The notes under the pieces were generated by a model. The model did not search any database. It was not told where the DNA came from and saw only the letters and a list, made by a program, of their open reading frames with translations. DNA of 64,000 bases from Candidatus Forterrea multitransposorum CG_2015-17_Forterrea_25_41. Lineage in GTDB: Archaea; Iainarchaeota; Iainarchaeia; Iainarchaeales; CSSED10-239. Each line of letters begins with the position of its first letter. The stretch's first letter is position 1. Positions 28,601 to 40,281 of this stretch are shown one piece after another. Position numbers and translations under genes: made by a program. The stretch spans positions 704,001 to 768,000 of the forward strand of contig CP045477.1 in NCBI GenBank assembly GCA_009392915.1, in the 5' to 3' direction.

Positions 28601-30858
28601 TAAACAATTGCTTTTAAAGTTTGATTTCTGGTTACAGGGATTGAAGTTCCGAGATATTGAGTTGAACTTGAAGTTGGAGTATCTCCATTTGTTGTATAAT
28701 AAATACTATAAGGAAGAGGAGTTGTGGTTGATAGGTCGACAAAAATATTATTATTGTATGTTCCTGAAGGACTTGAGAAAGTAGCAGGACTTGCAATTAA
28801 TTGAACAGTGAAAGTTTGTGTAGCAACAGGACTGGTTGAATAACCAGAAGCATAACAAACTGCTTTTAAAGTTGTAGTGGATGTAAAATTAATTGGAGAA
28901 GAATAAACTGTTCCATCCTCTCTTGTTGGATCAGTTCCATCAGTTGTATATCTTATGGTGCTTGAAGGGGTTGTACAACTTAAAGTTACATTAACACTAT
29001 TTGTAAAAGTACCACCGTTTGGACTAAAGGCAGGAGTTGCAGCAGGAGCATTAATAGTATAAACACCAGTTGAAACATCACTTGAAGTCCAACCTGTTTT
29101 GTAAGTGATTGCACGTAAAGTAGAGGTTGAAGTGATTGGAACAGTTGACTCTCCACTATTGATTTGTGTACCAGTTGTCTGTGTTGGAGTTGCTCCATTT
29201 ATAGTGTATCTGATTTGGGCACCAGCAACAGAAGTTATTGCTACAGATTGAGAATCTGAATATGCACCAGGAGAAGGACTAAAGGTTGGTGCATTTAATT
29301 TGAAGACATAATCTGCTTGAGTGACAGAACTTGCAAGATAACCAGGCTTATAAACAATTGCTTTTAAAGTTTGATTTCTGGTTACAGGGATTGAAGTTCC
29401 GAGATATTGAGTTGAACTTGAAGTTGGAGTATCTCCATTTGTTGTATAATAAATACTATAAGGAAGAGGAGTTGTAGTTGATAAATCAACAAAAATATTA
29501 TTATTATAAGTTCCTGAAGGAAGAGAAAAGATTGCAATATTAGCAGGAAGAGTAACATTATAATCTGCTTGAGATATTGGACCGGTATTTGAACCTACAG
29601 CTGCCATTGCCTTAATAGTTACAGGAGATGATATGTTAATTGGACTTGAATAAACTGGACTTAAAAGAGTAGGATCAAAACCACTTGTGGTATAATGAAT
29701 AGTTGCACCAGGATTTGAATTACTTAAAGTAATATTTTGTATTGTAGAATAATCTCCTGCAGGAGGATTAAAAATAATAGGATCTAAAGGTACAAAGAAA
29801 CTATAAGTAAAAGTTGAAACTGAACTATCATTATAATTTTCTCTACAAGCAATTGCTTTTATGGTAGAGTCTGCAGAAACATTTATTGGAGAAGTATATT
29901 CTGAAAAGCTACCTGAACAATCAGGAATAGAAGAATCTAAAGTATAATAAATAGTTGAAGAAGAGGTTGCACTTGAAAGAACAACATTAATTGGATCTTC
30001 TAAATTTATAGAACTATCAGGAGTTGCAGTTACTGAAGATACAGTATCATAAGAAACTGTGTAAGTTCCAGAAGCAATTCCAGATTTAACACTGTTATAT
30101 TCAGAATATGCCATAATAGTTGTTCCAGGACTAATTGAAATAGGAAGCCCTAAAGTATAAGGTATACCGCTAGTATAAGGATCACTACCATCTATTGTAT
30201 AATAAACAGAAAAACTTGGATCAGATACATCTAAAGTTATAGTTGATGGAAAAGAAAAATAATTATAAGAACCAGGAACAGGATTAAATAATGGTCTTGA
30301 AATCACTGTTGTTTTAGGACCACTATCAGACCAATTAAAAGAATATCTAGAAGATTTTTTGGATTGATTATTTTTTGAAACTTCTATAGATAAATAATAA
30401 GAATCTCCACAAGAACCATTACCTAAATCAATATCTGAAACAATTAAATTATTTGTAATAATTGGATTTAAGTTATCTTCGGGAATAATATTCCCATCTA
30501 AAATAACAGTGTAATCTCCCTCATTTAAAACATCATTATCTTTATTTTCAATAATTAATTTATAAGTACCCTCTCTCGATAAAGGTTTCCAAGAAAAAGA
30601 TAAAAGCCCAATTTTTCTTAAAGTTCCACCTACATCAATAGTTTCACAATCTAAATAATTAGCTTTAACAGAAGTTATTGTTGGAGGTAAAGGACCATCA
30701 GTTGAAGAAGAAACATCATCAACTTGTTCTGATGCTGAATCTCTTGATTGACCACCTAGAGAAACTAAAATAGTTACAATAATTACAGCAACTAATACAC
30801 CACCACCAATCAATATTAAAGTTTCTAAATTACCTTGACCTTTTTTTGATGGTAGCAT
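25654..30858 (-). CDS. Giant (1734 aa) pilin-signal adhesin-like protein: class III signal plus pilin domain, chitobiase-C-type repeats (tandemly duplicated), Ig-like repeats and a Gly-rich C-terminus
   Basis: N-terminus MLPSKKGQGNLETLILIGGGVLVAVII...GGQSRDSA...CGDSYYLSIEVSKNNQ is homologous to the 43929 pilin. Repeats carry IRYTTDGTDPT motifs. Ig-like repeats carry C..G..TLTA.GG...YQWY...TYYAR..G.C. The tail has GGGGGGGG and further Gly-rich segments. Confidence 0.6.
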   Translation of the reverse strand: MLPSKKGQGNLETLILIGGGVLVAVIIVTILVSLGGQSRDSASEQVDDVSSSTDGPLPPTITSVKANYLDCETIDVGGTLRKIGLLSFSWKPLSREGTYKLIIENKDNDVLNEGDYTVILDGNIIPEDNLNPIITNNLIVSDIDLGNGSCGDSYYLSIEVSKNNQSKKSSRYSFNWSDSGPKTTVISRPLFNPVPGSYNYFSFPSTITLDVSDPSFSVYYTIDGSDPYTSGIPYTLGLPISISPGTTIMAYSEYNSVKSGIASGTYTVSYDTVSSVTATPDSSINLEDPINVVLSSATSSSTIYYTLDSSIPDCSGSFSEYTSPINVSADSTIKAIACRENYNDSSVSTFTYSFFVPLDPIIFNPPAGDYSTIQNITLSNSNPGATIHYTTSGFDPTLLSPVYSSPINISSPVTIKAMAAVGSNTGPISQADYNVTLPANIAIFSLPSGTYNNNIFVDLSTTTPLPYSIYYTTNGDTPTSSSTQYLGTSIPVTRNQTLKAIVYKPGYLASSVTQADYVFKLNAPTFSPSPGAYSDSQSVAITSVAGAQIRYTINGATPTQTTGTQINSGESTVPITSTSTLRAITYKTGWTSSDVSTGVYTINAPAATPAFSPNGGTFTNSVNVTLSCTTPSSTIRYTTDGTDPTREDGTVYSSPINFTSTTTLKAVCYASGYSTSPVATQTFTVQLIASPATFSSPSGTYNNNIFVDLSTTTPLPYSIYYTTNGDTPTSSSTQYLGTSIPVTRNQTLKAIVYKPGYLASSVTQADYVFKLNAPTFSPSPGAYSDSQSVAITSVAGAQIRYTINGATPTQTTGTQINSGESTVPITSTSTLRAITYKTGWTSSDVSTGVYTINAPAATPTFSPNGGTHTNSVNVTLSCSTPSSTIRYTTDGTDPTRDDGTVYSSPINFTSTTTLKAVCYAFGYSTSPVATQTFTVQLIANPATFSSPSGTYNNNIFVDLSTTTPLPYSIYYTTNGDTPTSSSTQYLGTSIPVTRNQTLKAIVYKSGYLESSVSQADYTFKLNSPTFSPLPGTYSTAQNVVITSVPGAQISYTLDNSTPVQGGVNVINHGESVLINSPTPLKAIAYKTGWTSSDLVQGYYNVDITPDPVTVLGGGATCNANATLTATGGANGTIYYQGTTSNGTSTMNASTSEVVSSPGTYYFRARSTSGTWGTQGSATVSFNTPSVAPTSITGNTSVCSGSPTTLTAIGGTVGTGATYQWYAGTCGTAISLGSSSSLTVSPTSTTTYYARLSGTCNTTSCVSKTVTIASPPTVNVTPGERCGNGSVTLGATTTSGTIEWYTSSTGGSPIATGNSFTTPLLNWTTTYYVGVTGGTCNLTTRVPVTATILSQPGSVSISLQNSGPGFATISATGGSGGTIYFQGTTSMGTSTSLGGTPQTVNSNGTYYFRARSTNGCWGSQSSINVTIPAGLSNLELSNNPSGFAFNSNTYNYNDIFYLISTTNSITVTPTGTGTITVNGSTVSSGSASSPISISDGNLKTITVNVTQGATSATYTLKVRKIITTHTGTATVTEGISGGYAYRVHKFRSGTGTYTINIDFPMYMLEYLVVGGGGGGGGYNGNGGNAGQYRYYGLVSSSADTYDVVVGSGGSGGSYNTAGTAGGYSFFNGTIASGGSGGSSSTNYACPPQNRGGTGSGGSGSCWASPPGYGVGGPGTSNDITGSNVIYAAGGNSRENSGSAGAPNTGNGGDGKASGSGTRGLSGGSGVVIVRVQIPV
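27571..29820 (-). repeat. Tandem 750-bp (250-aa) in-frame coding repeats, about 2.3 units near-identical at the DNA level, inside the giant adhesin gene
   Basis: tgaaacatcacttgaagtccaacctgtttt recurs at 28321 and 29071. Hundreds of bp are identical between 27790-28560, 28321-29070 and 29071-29530. Confidence 0.7.
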
Positions 30859-30891
30859 AATTAATTCCTATTTAAATTTAAAAAAAATCAT

Positions 30892-31563
30892 TTAATTAAT
30901 ATAAATAAAAAATGATTTAAATCCCTCTTGTTGTAAAAACAATTCTCCTGAACATTTATCATATGAAAGCATTAAATTTTTCATAAAGTCAAGTGAACTA
31001 TTTAAAAATTCAGGATTAGACGCATCTAAATTACAAGAACCTTCTTTAGAAATTAAATGTTTTGAAGACTCATTTAAACCAACTTCCATTTCTGCAATAC
31101 CTTCTTCAGTATAACCATCATCTAGATACATTTGTTTTTGAGCATCTAAAAAAGATGTATTATGATCTAAAAGTTTTAAAGAAACTATACATTCATTAGA
31201 TTCATTAAGTCCTTCAATAGAATATTCTACAGAATAATTATATCTACTACCTGCTGAAGGATAGTCAATAGATTCAGTTGAAGAGAAAACTACATTTTCT
31301 TGACAAGTTGAAAAATTATTTGAAAAACAAGCAAAGTCTTCACAATATGTGTTAGGATCAACTACTTCTTCTGGAACATGAGGTTGATTTTCATCTCCCG
31401 CACCACCATTAGGATTTATTGTATCTATATCATCTGGTAAATTTTCAAAAGAAGAATCGTCAATAACATCTTCTTGTGGAGAACTTACAAGAACAAAAGC
31501 AACTGCAGCTGCTAAAACTAGTAAAACTAATAAAATTATTATAATTGGTCTCAAAAATATCAC
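30892..31563 (-). CDS. Signal-anchored Cys-containing acidic secreted protein, hypothetical
   Basis: N-terminus IIIILLVLLVLAAAVAFVLV. 223 aa. Immediately upstream of the giant adhesin on the same strand. Confidence 0.35.
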   Translation of the reverse strand: MIFLRPIIIILLVLLVLAAAVAFVLVSSPQEDVIDDSSFENLPDDIDTINPNGGAGDENQPHVPEEVVDPNTYCEDFACFSNNFSTCQENVVFSSTESIDYPSAGSRYNYSVEYSIEGLNESNECIVSLKLLDHNTSFLDAQKQMYLDDGYTEEGIAEMEVGLNESSKHLISKEGSCNLDASNPEFLNSSLDFMKNLMLSYDKCSGELFLQQEGFKSFFIYIN

Positions 31564-31686
31564 CTTTATTTTTTTCTAATTTATTAAATAAATATATTTA
31601 TCTATATATATGTAGATAGTATTATAAATACTTTTCTTTTTATTTAAAAACCTTTAAAAATTAATTATTTTATTTAAAAAAACACA

Positions 31687-33069
31687 TCAACCTATTAAAA
31701 CAATTACAGGTTTTAAAGTTAAAACTTTTTTTACCATTTTTGAATCAACCATAGATTTTACAACTTCATTTGAAGATTTATAAGCAGAAGGTTGTTCTTC
31801 TCTTGCTAAATTTTCAGAAACATTTTCTAAAATAACATTGTTTTTTTCCATAAATAATTTTAAATCTTTAAAAGAAATTTTTTCTTTAGCTTCTTTTCTT
31901 GAAAGACTTCTTCCAGAACCATGAGCTACAGAACAAAAAGTATTTTTCACACCCTTATCTGGAATTAATAAATAAGTATCATCAAGCATAGAACCTGGCA
32001 AAATAATTGGAGAACCTGTTTTTTTAAAAGGACTTTTTGAAGATAAGTCTTCAGGTAAAAAAACTCTAGTTGAACCTTTCCTTGTAACTAAATACTCTTT
32101 ATCATTATGTTTTTCTAAACTTGCAAGATTATGTGAAAGATCATACAAAAGATCAAATTTTATTTTTTTATTAAAAAAATTATTAAACTTTAAATTTACA
32201 AAATAAGTTAAAACAGCACGATTTACAAAAGCAAAATTTGCAGCTGCAAGCATTGCTTTATAATAGGAAGATCCTTCTTTTGAATCTAGAGTTGCATGAG
32301 ATAAAGGATTTTTAAATTTAAATTTTTTAAAATAATCAGATGCTATTTGATGTCCAAGACCTCTAGAACCAGAATGAATCATAATTACAAGTTGACCTTT
32401 CTTTAGACTAAATTGTTCACCTATAATTTTATTAAAAACTTTATCTACAACTAAAATATCAATAAAATGATTTCCTTGACCTAAAGTGCCTAATTGAGAT
32501 TTACCTCTTTTAAGAGCATCTTTAGAAATAAAAGAAGGGCTTGCATCTTTAAAAAAACCATTATTATAAATATAATTAAGATCTTTTTTTAAACAATATT
32601 TCTTGGACACAGCCCAATTAATACCTTCAGTTAATATTTGTTTATAATCTTTTTCAGTTATTTTCAAACCATTATTTGAAAGGCCTAATGGTAATTTCTT
32701 TAAAGAAGAGGCTAAATCTTTTAATTGTTCTTTAGTAAAATCTTTTAAAAAAAGATTTGTTTTTACAACTCTTATTCCACAATTAATATCATAACCAACA
32801 GCTTCAGAACTAATAATTGCATTTTCTTTTAAAGAAGCAAAAACAGTTCCTATAGGGACACCAAAACCTGGATGGATATCTGGCATAGCTAAGATAGGAG
32901 AAGATACTTGTGAAATATTAGATATTGAAAATAATTGCTCAAAAGCATCTTTAGATATTTTTTTAAATAAAACTTTATTTATAGGTATTTTTATTTCTTT
33001 ATTATTCTTTGTAGTTATAAAAAAACCTTTTTTAAAAATAAAAGAAGAATGCATAATAAATATATGCAT
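31687..33069 (-). CDS. rtcB: RtcB RNA-splicing ligase
   Basis: MPDIHPGFGVPIGTVFAS, GNHFIDILVV, HSGSRGLGHQ and SVAHGSGR motifs. Confidence 0.85.
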   Translation of the reverse strand: MHIFIMHSSFIFKKGFFITTKNNKEIKIPINKVLFKKISKDAFEQLFSISNISQVSSPILAMPDIHPGFGVPIGTVFASLKENAIISSEAVGYDINCGIRVVKTNLFLKDFTKEQLKDLASSLKKLPLGLSNNGLKITEKDYKQILTEGINWAVSKKYCLKKDLNYIYNNGFFKDASPSFISKDALKRGKSQLGTLGQGNHFIDILVVDKVFNKIIGEQFSLKKGQLVIMIHSGSRGLGHQIASDYFKKFKFKNPLSHATLDSKEGSSYYKAMLAAANFAFVNRAVLTYFVNLKFNNFFNKKIKFDLLYDLSHNLASLEKHNDKEYLVTRKGSTRVFLPEDLSSKSPFKKTGSPIILPGSMLDDTYLLIPDKGVKNTFCSVAHGSGRSLSRKEAKEKISFKDLKLFMEKNNVILENVSENLAREEQPSAYKSSNEVVKSMVDSKMVKKVLTLKPVIVLIG

Positions 33070-33086
33070 AATATAATTTATATAAC

Positions 33087-34109
33087 TTAACTTTTTATGT
33101 TTTTTAAAAGATTAGAAATTGATTTATAAGTAAAAATATTAAAAATTACTTTTGCAAAATAATCAGAAACATCAACTTGTTTAAACCAAGGAGTGTTTTC
33201 TAAAAATTCTTGTGTATGATAAACAGCATTTGTTGCAATCAAATATTCTAAAATTCCATCCTTATATAGAGAATCAAATCTTTCCTTTGAAGGAGGATTT
33301 AAAAAAGGAAGTGAACATGCAAAATAAATTTTATTTGCACCTTTTTCTTTCAATAACTTTGCAGCATTAAATAAAGTTCCACCAGTATCTATCATATCAT
33401 CAACTAAAAGAACATCTTTATTTTTAACATCTCCAATAACATACATTTTGTCAATAGCATCTATTTTTTTATAGTTTCTTTCTTTATAGATTGAAACTAA
33501 GTTAATCTTTAGTTCAGAAGCATAATTTTCTGCTCTCTTAAGTCCACCAATATCTGGTGAGGATACTACTAAATTTTCTAGAGGTAAATTTTGTTTAACA
33601 TATTTATTTAAATCTCTAAAACCTTTTAAATTTTCAAAAACAGTTTTATTAAAAAAACCTGCAATTGCAAGATTATGAATATCTAAAGTAATAACTGTAT
33701 TAACTCCAAGCATTTCAAGTTCTTGAGCAAACATTCTTGCAGTAATACCTTCTCTAGAGAAATGTTTATCTTGTCTTGCAAAAGGGAAAGTTGGTAGAAT
33801 TACTGTAATTTTAAAAGCATCAGAAATTCTTGCAGAATTAATTAATGTTTTAAGTGCTAAAACATTATCGCTTACAGAATAACCATTAGATTTATTTGAA
33901 ACATCTTGAACAATAAAAACATGAGAACCTCTTATTGATTCTAATATATTTGATTTAATTTCTGTATTTCTAAACTGCACTTCATCTGTTTTTGTCAAAG
34001 AGATTTCAGAATAATTTGCATCTTTTAAAAAACGATTTAAATGAGGAAGTATTTTTTCTGCAAAATAAAATCCATTTTTACAAGCCATTAAACATATTTT
34101 AGAAACCAT
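33087..34109 (-). CDS. prs: Ribose-phosphate pyrophosphokinase
   Basis: PRPP-binding signature VLLVDDMIDTGGTL. Length 340 aa. Confidence 0.8.
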   Translation of the reverse strand: MVSKICLMACKNGFYFAEKILPHLNRFLKDANYSEISLTKTDEVQFRNTEIKSNILESIRGSHVFIVQDVSNKSNGYSVSDNVLALKTLINSARISDAFKITVILPTFPFARQDKHFSREGITARMFAQELEMLGVNTVITLDIHNLAIAGFFNKTVFENLKGFRDLNKYVKQNLPLENLVVSSPDIGGLKRAENYASELKINLVSIYKERNYKKIDAIDKMYVIGDVKNKDVLLVDDMIDTGGTLFNAAKLLKEKGANKIYFACSLPFLNPPSKERFDSLYKDGILEYLIATNAVYHTQEFLENTPWFKQVDVSDYFAKVIFNIFTYKSISNLLKNIKS

Positions 34110-34171
34110 AAATAATCATTTTTTATAGAATATATAAAACTTGAATCAAAAAACATATAAAGTGATTCTAA

Positions 34172-35311
34172 CTAATATTCTATAAAATCAGAATTTTTCT
34201 TTTCAATTTCTTTTTTAATAGCTTCTTTTTCAAGAGAATTAATCTCTTTTAATTTCTTTTTTAAAGAAGAATCTAACTTTTGAGGTACAAAAGCATGAAC
34301 TTTTACATATAAATCTCCAGAAGATGAACCTCTATTAAAAATAGAAGCTCCACTTCCTTTAATCTTAAAAGTTGTATTATCTTCTGTTCCTGAAGGAATT
34401 TTAAGTTTAATCTTATCTTTAAATTTATTAATTTTAATAGTTGTTCCTAAAACTAAATCTGAAAAAGTAACTGGAATTTCACAATAAATATCAGAACCTT
34501 TCCTCTTAAAGAAAGAATGTGATTTAACAGATATATTTAAGAAAAGATCTCCTTTTACTCCTTGATGATTATGTCCTTGACCTCTTAATTTCATTACATC
34601 GCCTGTATTTATTCCAGAAGGAATTTCAACAGTCAGTGTTTTTTTATCTCTTATATATCCTTTTCCAGAACATTTAGAACAAGGATCTTTTATAATATAA
34701 CCTTCCCCTTTACAATTAGAACAAACATTTTCAACAGAAAACATTCCAAAAGGAGTTCTTTTTGTAGTAACTGTTCTTCCTCTACCATTACAGGTAGGGC
34801 ACACATCTTTTTGCATACTTTTAGAACCAGTTCCTGCACAAAAATTACATTCTTCATCTTTATAAAATTCAATTTTTTCTTTTCCACCTAAAATTGCCTT
34901 TTCAAAATCAATTTCAAGATTATAAACTAGATTTAAACTTTCTTGACGATGAGATCTACCACCTCTTCTTTGAGAAAATTGAGAAAAGAAACCTCCGTCA
35001 TCATCATCCATAAAAGAACTAAAAATATCTGAAAAATCAAAACCTGAAAAACCAGAAAATCCTTGTCCAGCATTTCCAGCATACCCTTTTGAAAATGCAT
35101 CATGACCATAAGAATCATATTGTTTTCTTTTATCAGTATCAGATAAAACAGAATAAGCATTACTAATCTCCTTAAACTTTTCTGGGTCAGCAGAAGCGCC
35201 TGCAAGATCAGGGTGATGTTTTTTTGCAAGTGTTTTATATGCTTTTTTTATTTCTTCTAAAGAAGCATCTTTTGAAACCCCTAAAATTGAATAGTAATCT
35301 TTATCTGACAT
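34172..35311 (-). CDS. dnaJ: Chaperone DnaJ
   Basis: J domain [31 protein letters not shown]. Four CxxCxGxG zinc repeats. Confidence 0.9.
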   Translation of the reverse strand: MSDKDYYSILGVSKDASLEEIKKAYKTLAKKHHPDLAGASADPEKFKEISNAYSVLSDTDKRKQYDSYGHDAFSKGYAGNAGQGFSGFSGFDFSDIFSSFMDDDDGGFFSQFSQRRGGRSHRQESLNLVYNLEIDFEKAILGGKEKIEFYKDEECNFCAGTGSKSMQKDVCPTCNGRGRTVTTKRTPFGMFSVENVCSNCKGEGYIIKDPCSKCSGKGYIRDKKTLTVEIPSGINTGDVMKLRGQGHNHQGVKGDLFLNISVKSHSFFKRKGSDIYCEIPVTFSDLVLGTTIKINKFKDKIKLKIPSGTEDNTTFKIKGSGASIFNRGSSSGDLYVKVHAFVPQKLDSSLKKKLKEINSLEKEAIKKEIEKKNSDFIEY

Positions 35312-35360
35312 AATATATCACAATTAGTTTTTTAAAATTAAAAAAAAAGAAAAGAAATAA

Positions 35361-37238
<1,878 letters not shown>

Positions 37239-37826
37239 TTATTCCTCCGTAAATTGACCAATTATTACTTTTCCTGGTTTTATTAATTTTTCTTTAAAAG
37301 TATATCCGTTTTCTAAAACTTCAATTACTTTATTATTTTTATTTTTATCATTAACTTTTAAAGTTTGAATACATTCTGATAAATTATAATCAAAATCTTT
37401 TCCTTGCAAATCTATTTTTTTAATATTTAATCTAGATAAGATATTATCAAAATTATTGTTTAGTTCTTCCAAGTTTTTTTTTGAAGATTCATTTTGTTCA
37501 TGAGATATCGCTTTTTGTAAAGTTTCTTTAAAAGATAAAAATTCTAAAATTATTTTTGAATTTTCTTGAAAAGAAATATTTTCTTGTTCTCTGATAATTC
37601 TTTTTTTATAGTTTGAAAAATCTGCAACAGATAATTTAAGTTGATTTTCTAGATAGTTAATTCTTTCTTGACAATCATCTTTATCTTCAGATAAATCTTT
37701 ATCTGTCTCTTGAGAAGTTTCTAAATTATCATTAGTAAATTCTTCTTTATCTTCAGTTGAAACTGAATTAAAAGAATCATTGTCAAAATTCTCTGTGTTG
37801 TCATCGTTCATAAAAATATCCTCCAA
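37239..37826 (-). CDS. grpE: GrpE nucleotide exchange factor
   Basis: Position immediately upstream of dnaK, 195 aa, acidic N-terminus, GrpE-like C-terminus. Confidence 0.7.
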   Translation of the reverse strand: MEDIFMNDDNTENFDNDSFNSVSTEDKEEFTNDNLETSQETDKDLSEDKDDCQERINYLENQLKLSVADFSNYKKRIIREQENISFQENSKIILEFLSFKETLQKAISHEQNESSKKNLEELNNNFDNILSRLNIKKIDLQGKDFDYNLSECIQTLKVNDKNKNNKVIEVLENGYTFKEKLIKPGKVIIGQFTEE

Positions 37827-37905
37827 ATATTTAAAAAAATCACATAGGAAAAGTAGTTATAATTTATTAAATAACATATGTCACGAAATCTTTAAATTTT
37901 TTGTG

Positions 37906-38304
37906 TCACAAGTTTTTTAAAAGTTTGCTTTTTTCTCTTAAAATCACCTTAATTTCTATATTTTCTCCTTTAGAATTGTAAGCTTTAAAAGAAAATAAAT
38001 CATAAGGATGATATACAATAATATTTATATCTTTTGATTGAAAGAAAGAAAGATCTGCTCTAGAAGGATATCCGTTTCCTGATGGGTGTGAATGAACAGA
38101 ACCATTTATTGACATAGAAAGAGGTACAAAATCAAGTCTAATTACTGCAGAATTTTCATTACTATATGTTTGGGGTATAATATATATATCTTCAATAATA
38201 TTATTTTTTGTATAAAGCATTCCAGAAAATTCTCTTGGATAAAAAGATTTTGAAAATTCCATTATACTTTCAAGGACATCTTTATAAATATACCATTCTA
38301 CCAT
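37906..38304 (-). CDS. JAB/MPN (JAMM) metalloprotease-domain protein
   Basis: JAMM motif HSHPSGNGYPSRAD, with upstream E in FYPREF. Confidence 0.7.
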   Translation of the reverse strand: MVEWYIYKDVLESIMEFSKSFYPREFSGMLYTKNNIIEDIYIIPQTYSNENSAVIRLDFVPLSMSINGSVHSHPSGNGYPSRADLSFFQSKDINIIVYHPYDLFSFKAYNSKGENIEIKVILREKSKLLKNL

Positions 38305-38356
38305 ATTATATATATAGACCTAAATGTATATAACTATAATTAAAAGATAGAAAAAT

Positions 38357-39103
38357 ATGAAAAGAAAAATATTAATTACTGGTGGTTCTAGCGGGATTGG
38401 TAAAGAATATGCATATCAATTTGCTAAATTAAAAAAAGATTTAATCTTAGTTGCAAGAAACGAAATTGAACTTAAAAAAATTAAAAAAGATTTAGAGAAT
38501 AAATATAAAATTAAATGTGAATATTTAATATTTGATCTTTCAAAGTTAGATAAAATAAATCAACTTTGCAAGATTATTGAAAAAGAAAATATTGAAATAT
38601 TAATTAATAATGCAGGTTTTGGAAACAGAATTCCTTTTTCAAAAACAAATTATTCTATTACACAAAACATGATTAATGTTCATATCACTGCAACAACATT
38701 ACTTACAAGAGCTGTTTTAGATCAAATGATAAAAAGAAACTCAGGAAAAATTATAAATGTAGCATCTCTTGCAGGATATTTGTTTACTTCTAAAAGTAAC
38801 ATCATATACAATTCAACTAAAAGATACATAATACATTTTTCCAAAAACTTACAAGATGAAATTAAAAAACAAAACAAAAATATTAAAATTCAAGCACTTT
38901 GTCCTGGGTTTACAAAAACTAATTTTGATAAACATGCAATCTTTAAAACAATGCTTCCAAGATTACCTTCTTTTATGTACATGGAAGCAAAAGACGTGGT
39001 TTTAAAATCTATAAAAACATTAGAGAATAGAAGAGTAGTATATATTCCTAGTTTTAAAAATAAAATATTATATTTTTTATTAAGACTTAATTTTTATAGA
39101 TAA
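38357..39103 (+). CDS. Short-chain dehydrogenase/reductase (SDR)
   Basis: TGGSSGIGKEYA, NNAG and YNSTK (YxxxK). Confidence 0.8.
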   Translation: MKRKILITGGSSGIGKEYAYQFAKLKKDLILVARNEIELKKIKKDLENKYKIKCEYLIFDLSKLDKINQLCKIIEKENIEILINNAGFGNRIPFSKTNYSITQNMINVHITATTLLTRAVLDQMIKRNSGKIINVASLAGYLFTSKSNIIYNSTKRYIIHFSKNLQDEIKKQNKNIKIQALCPGFTKTNFDKHAIFKTMLPRLPSFMYMEAKDVVLKSIKTLENRRVVYIPSFKNKILYFLLRLNFYR

Positions 39104-40281
39104 AACAAGAGAGTTGGGAGCATTATATATCCCATTAAATACACTCTTGATTTATTAAAAACTAAAGGCACAAAACCTATTAAAAAACTTAAAAAGAAAA
39201 CTATAAGAGTCTTAAAGTCAGATAAAAAAATTATAAAAATAAAACTAATTATTAAAACAATAATATTTAATTTATTTAAATTTTTTGAATTAAAAAATAA
39301 AATAATATCTTTAACTATTGACAAAAGAATAAAAATAGTTAAACTAACTGTTAAAAGAATTGCAGAAATAAACAAAACTAAATCTGATTTTAAAAGAACT
39401 AATTTTTCAGAAAGTAAAATTGCAAAATAACCAAGTCTTGGTTTATTAAAAAACATTGCAAGAAAATAAGAAAAAATTAAAGCACTAATTGAAATACTTG
39501 AAAAAATAATTAAATAATTATAAGTAGATATTTTTTCTTTAAATCTGGAAAAAATTACAGCACCTAGAGAAGATGAAAAAGAAGGCACAAGTATTACAAA
39601 TAAAGATGCTAAAGAACCAAAAAAAGAATAAAAATAAGAATTTTCTAAAGAAGGCAAGAAAGAATGATTTGTTTTTTGATAAATATTATTGTGTTTTTTT
39701 TCAAAAATAGATTTTAAAAGTAAAGGAAACGTGAAAAGACCCATTACACAAATAAATAATGGTTCTTTTACAAAATAATTATATTTTAAAGTAAATAAAC
39801 CTAAAAGACCAGATGAAAAGATAATAAAAAAAATTATTAATTTATCTTTAATTGATTTATAGGAAAAAATAAAACTTATTATTGTAAAAATTATTGCAAA
39901 AGAAATTAAAAAATTAAAACCAATAAAAAAAGTAAATAATAAAAACAATAAAGGTAAAAGTAAAATAGAAAATAAACTACCAAAAAAAGAACCTATAAAA
40001 CAAAGAAAAATACCATCGTATGCTTGTTGTTTTAAAAATAACCTATGAAGAGGAAATAAAGACATTATGTTTTCTGTGTTTGGAACAGAAAAGAATGTTT
40101 GAGGAATATAATTTGTAATTAATTGAGATATTGAAAGAGATAAAAAGAAAAATAAATAATTTGGAAAAATTAAAAAAATACTAAAAGAAATAAAAAGATA
40201 AGAAACAAAATTAATATGTAAAGAAGGAATTAAACCTAAAAGAACACCAGTTAAAACCCCTAATATAACCTCTATAATCAT
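39094..40281 (-). CDS. Polytopic membrane protein (about 10 TM), last gene of the pilus-locus strand block
   Basis: 395 aa, very hydrophobic. N-terminus GVLTGVLLGLIPSLHIN weakly resembles TctA/DUF112. Confidence 0.3.
   Translation of the reverse strand: MIIEVILGVLTGVLLGLIPSLHINFVSYLFISFSIFLIFPNYLFFFLSLSISQLITNYIPQTFFSVPNTENIMSLFPLHRLFLKQQAYDGIFLCFIGSFFGSLFSILLLPLLFLLFTFFIGFNFLISFAIIFTIISFIFSYKSIKDKLIIFFIIFSSGLLGLFTLKYNYFVKEPLFICVMGLFTFPLLLKSIFEKKHNNIYQKTNHSFLPSLENSYFYSFFGSLASLFVILVPSFSSSLGAVIFSRFKEKISTYNYLIIFSSISISALIFSYFLAMFFNKPRLGYFAILLSEKLVLLKSDLVLFISAILLTVSLTIFILLSIVKDIILFFNSKNLNKLNIIVLIISFIFIIFLSDFKTLIVFFLSFLIGFVPLVFNKSRVYLMGYIMLPTLLFYL

Noticed and set aside
27571-29820. Long near-identical repeats as a mobile element or CRISPR-like structure
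   Set aside because: The repeats are in frame within one long ORF and encode repeated protein domains. They are coding tandem duplications.
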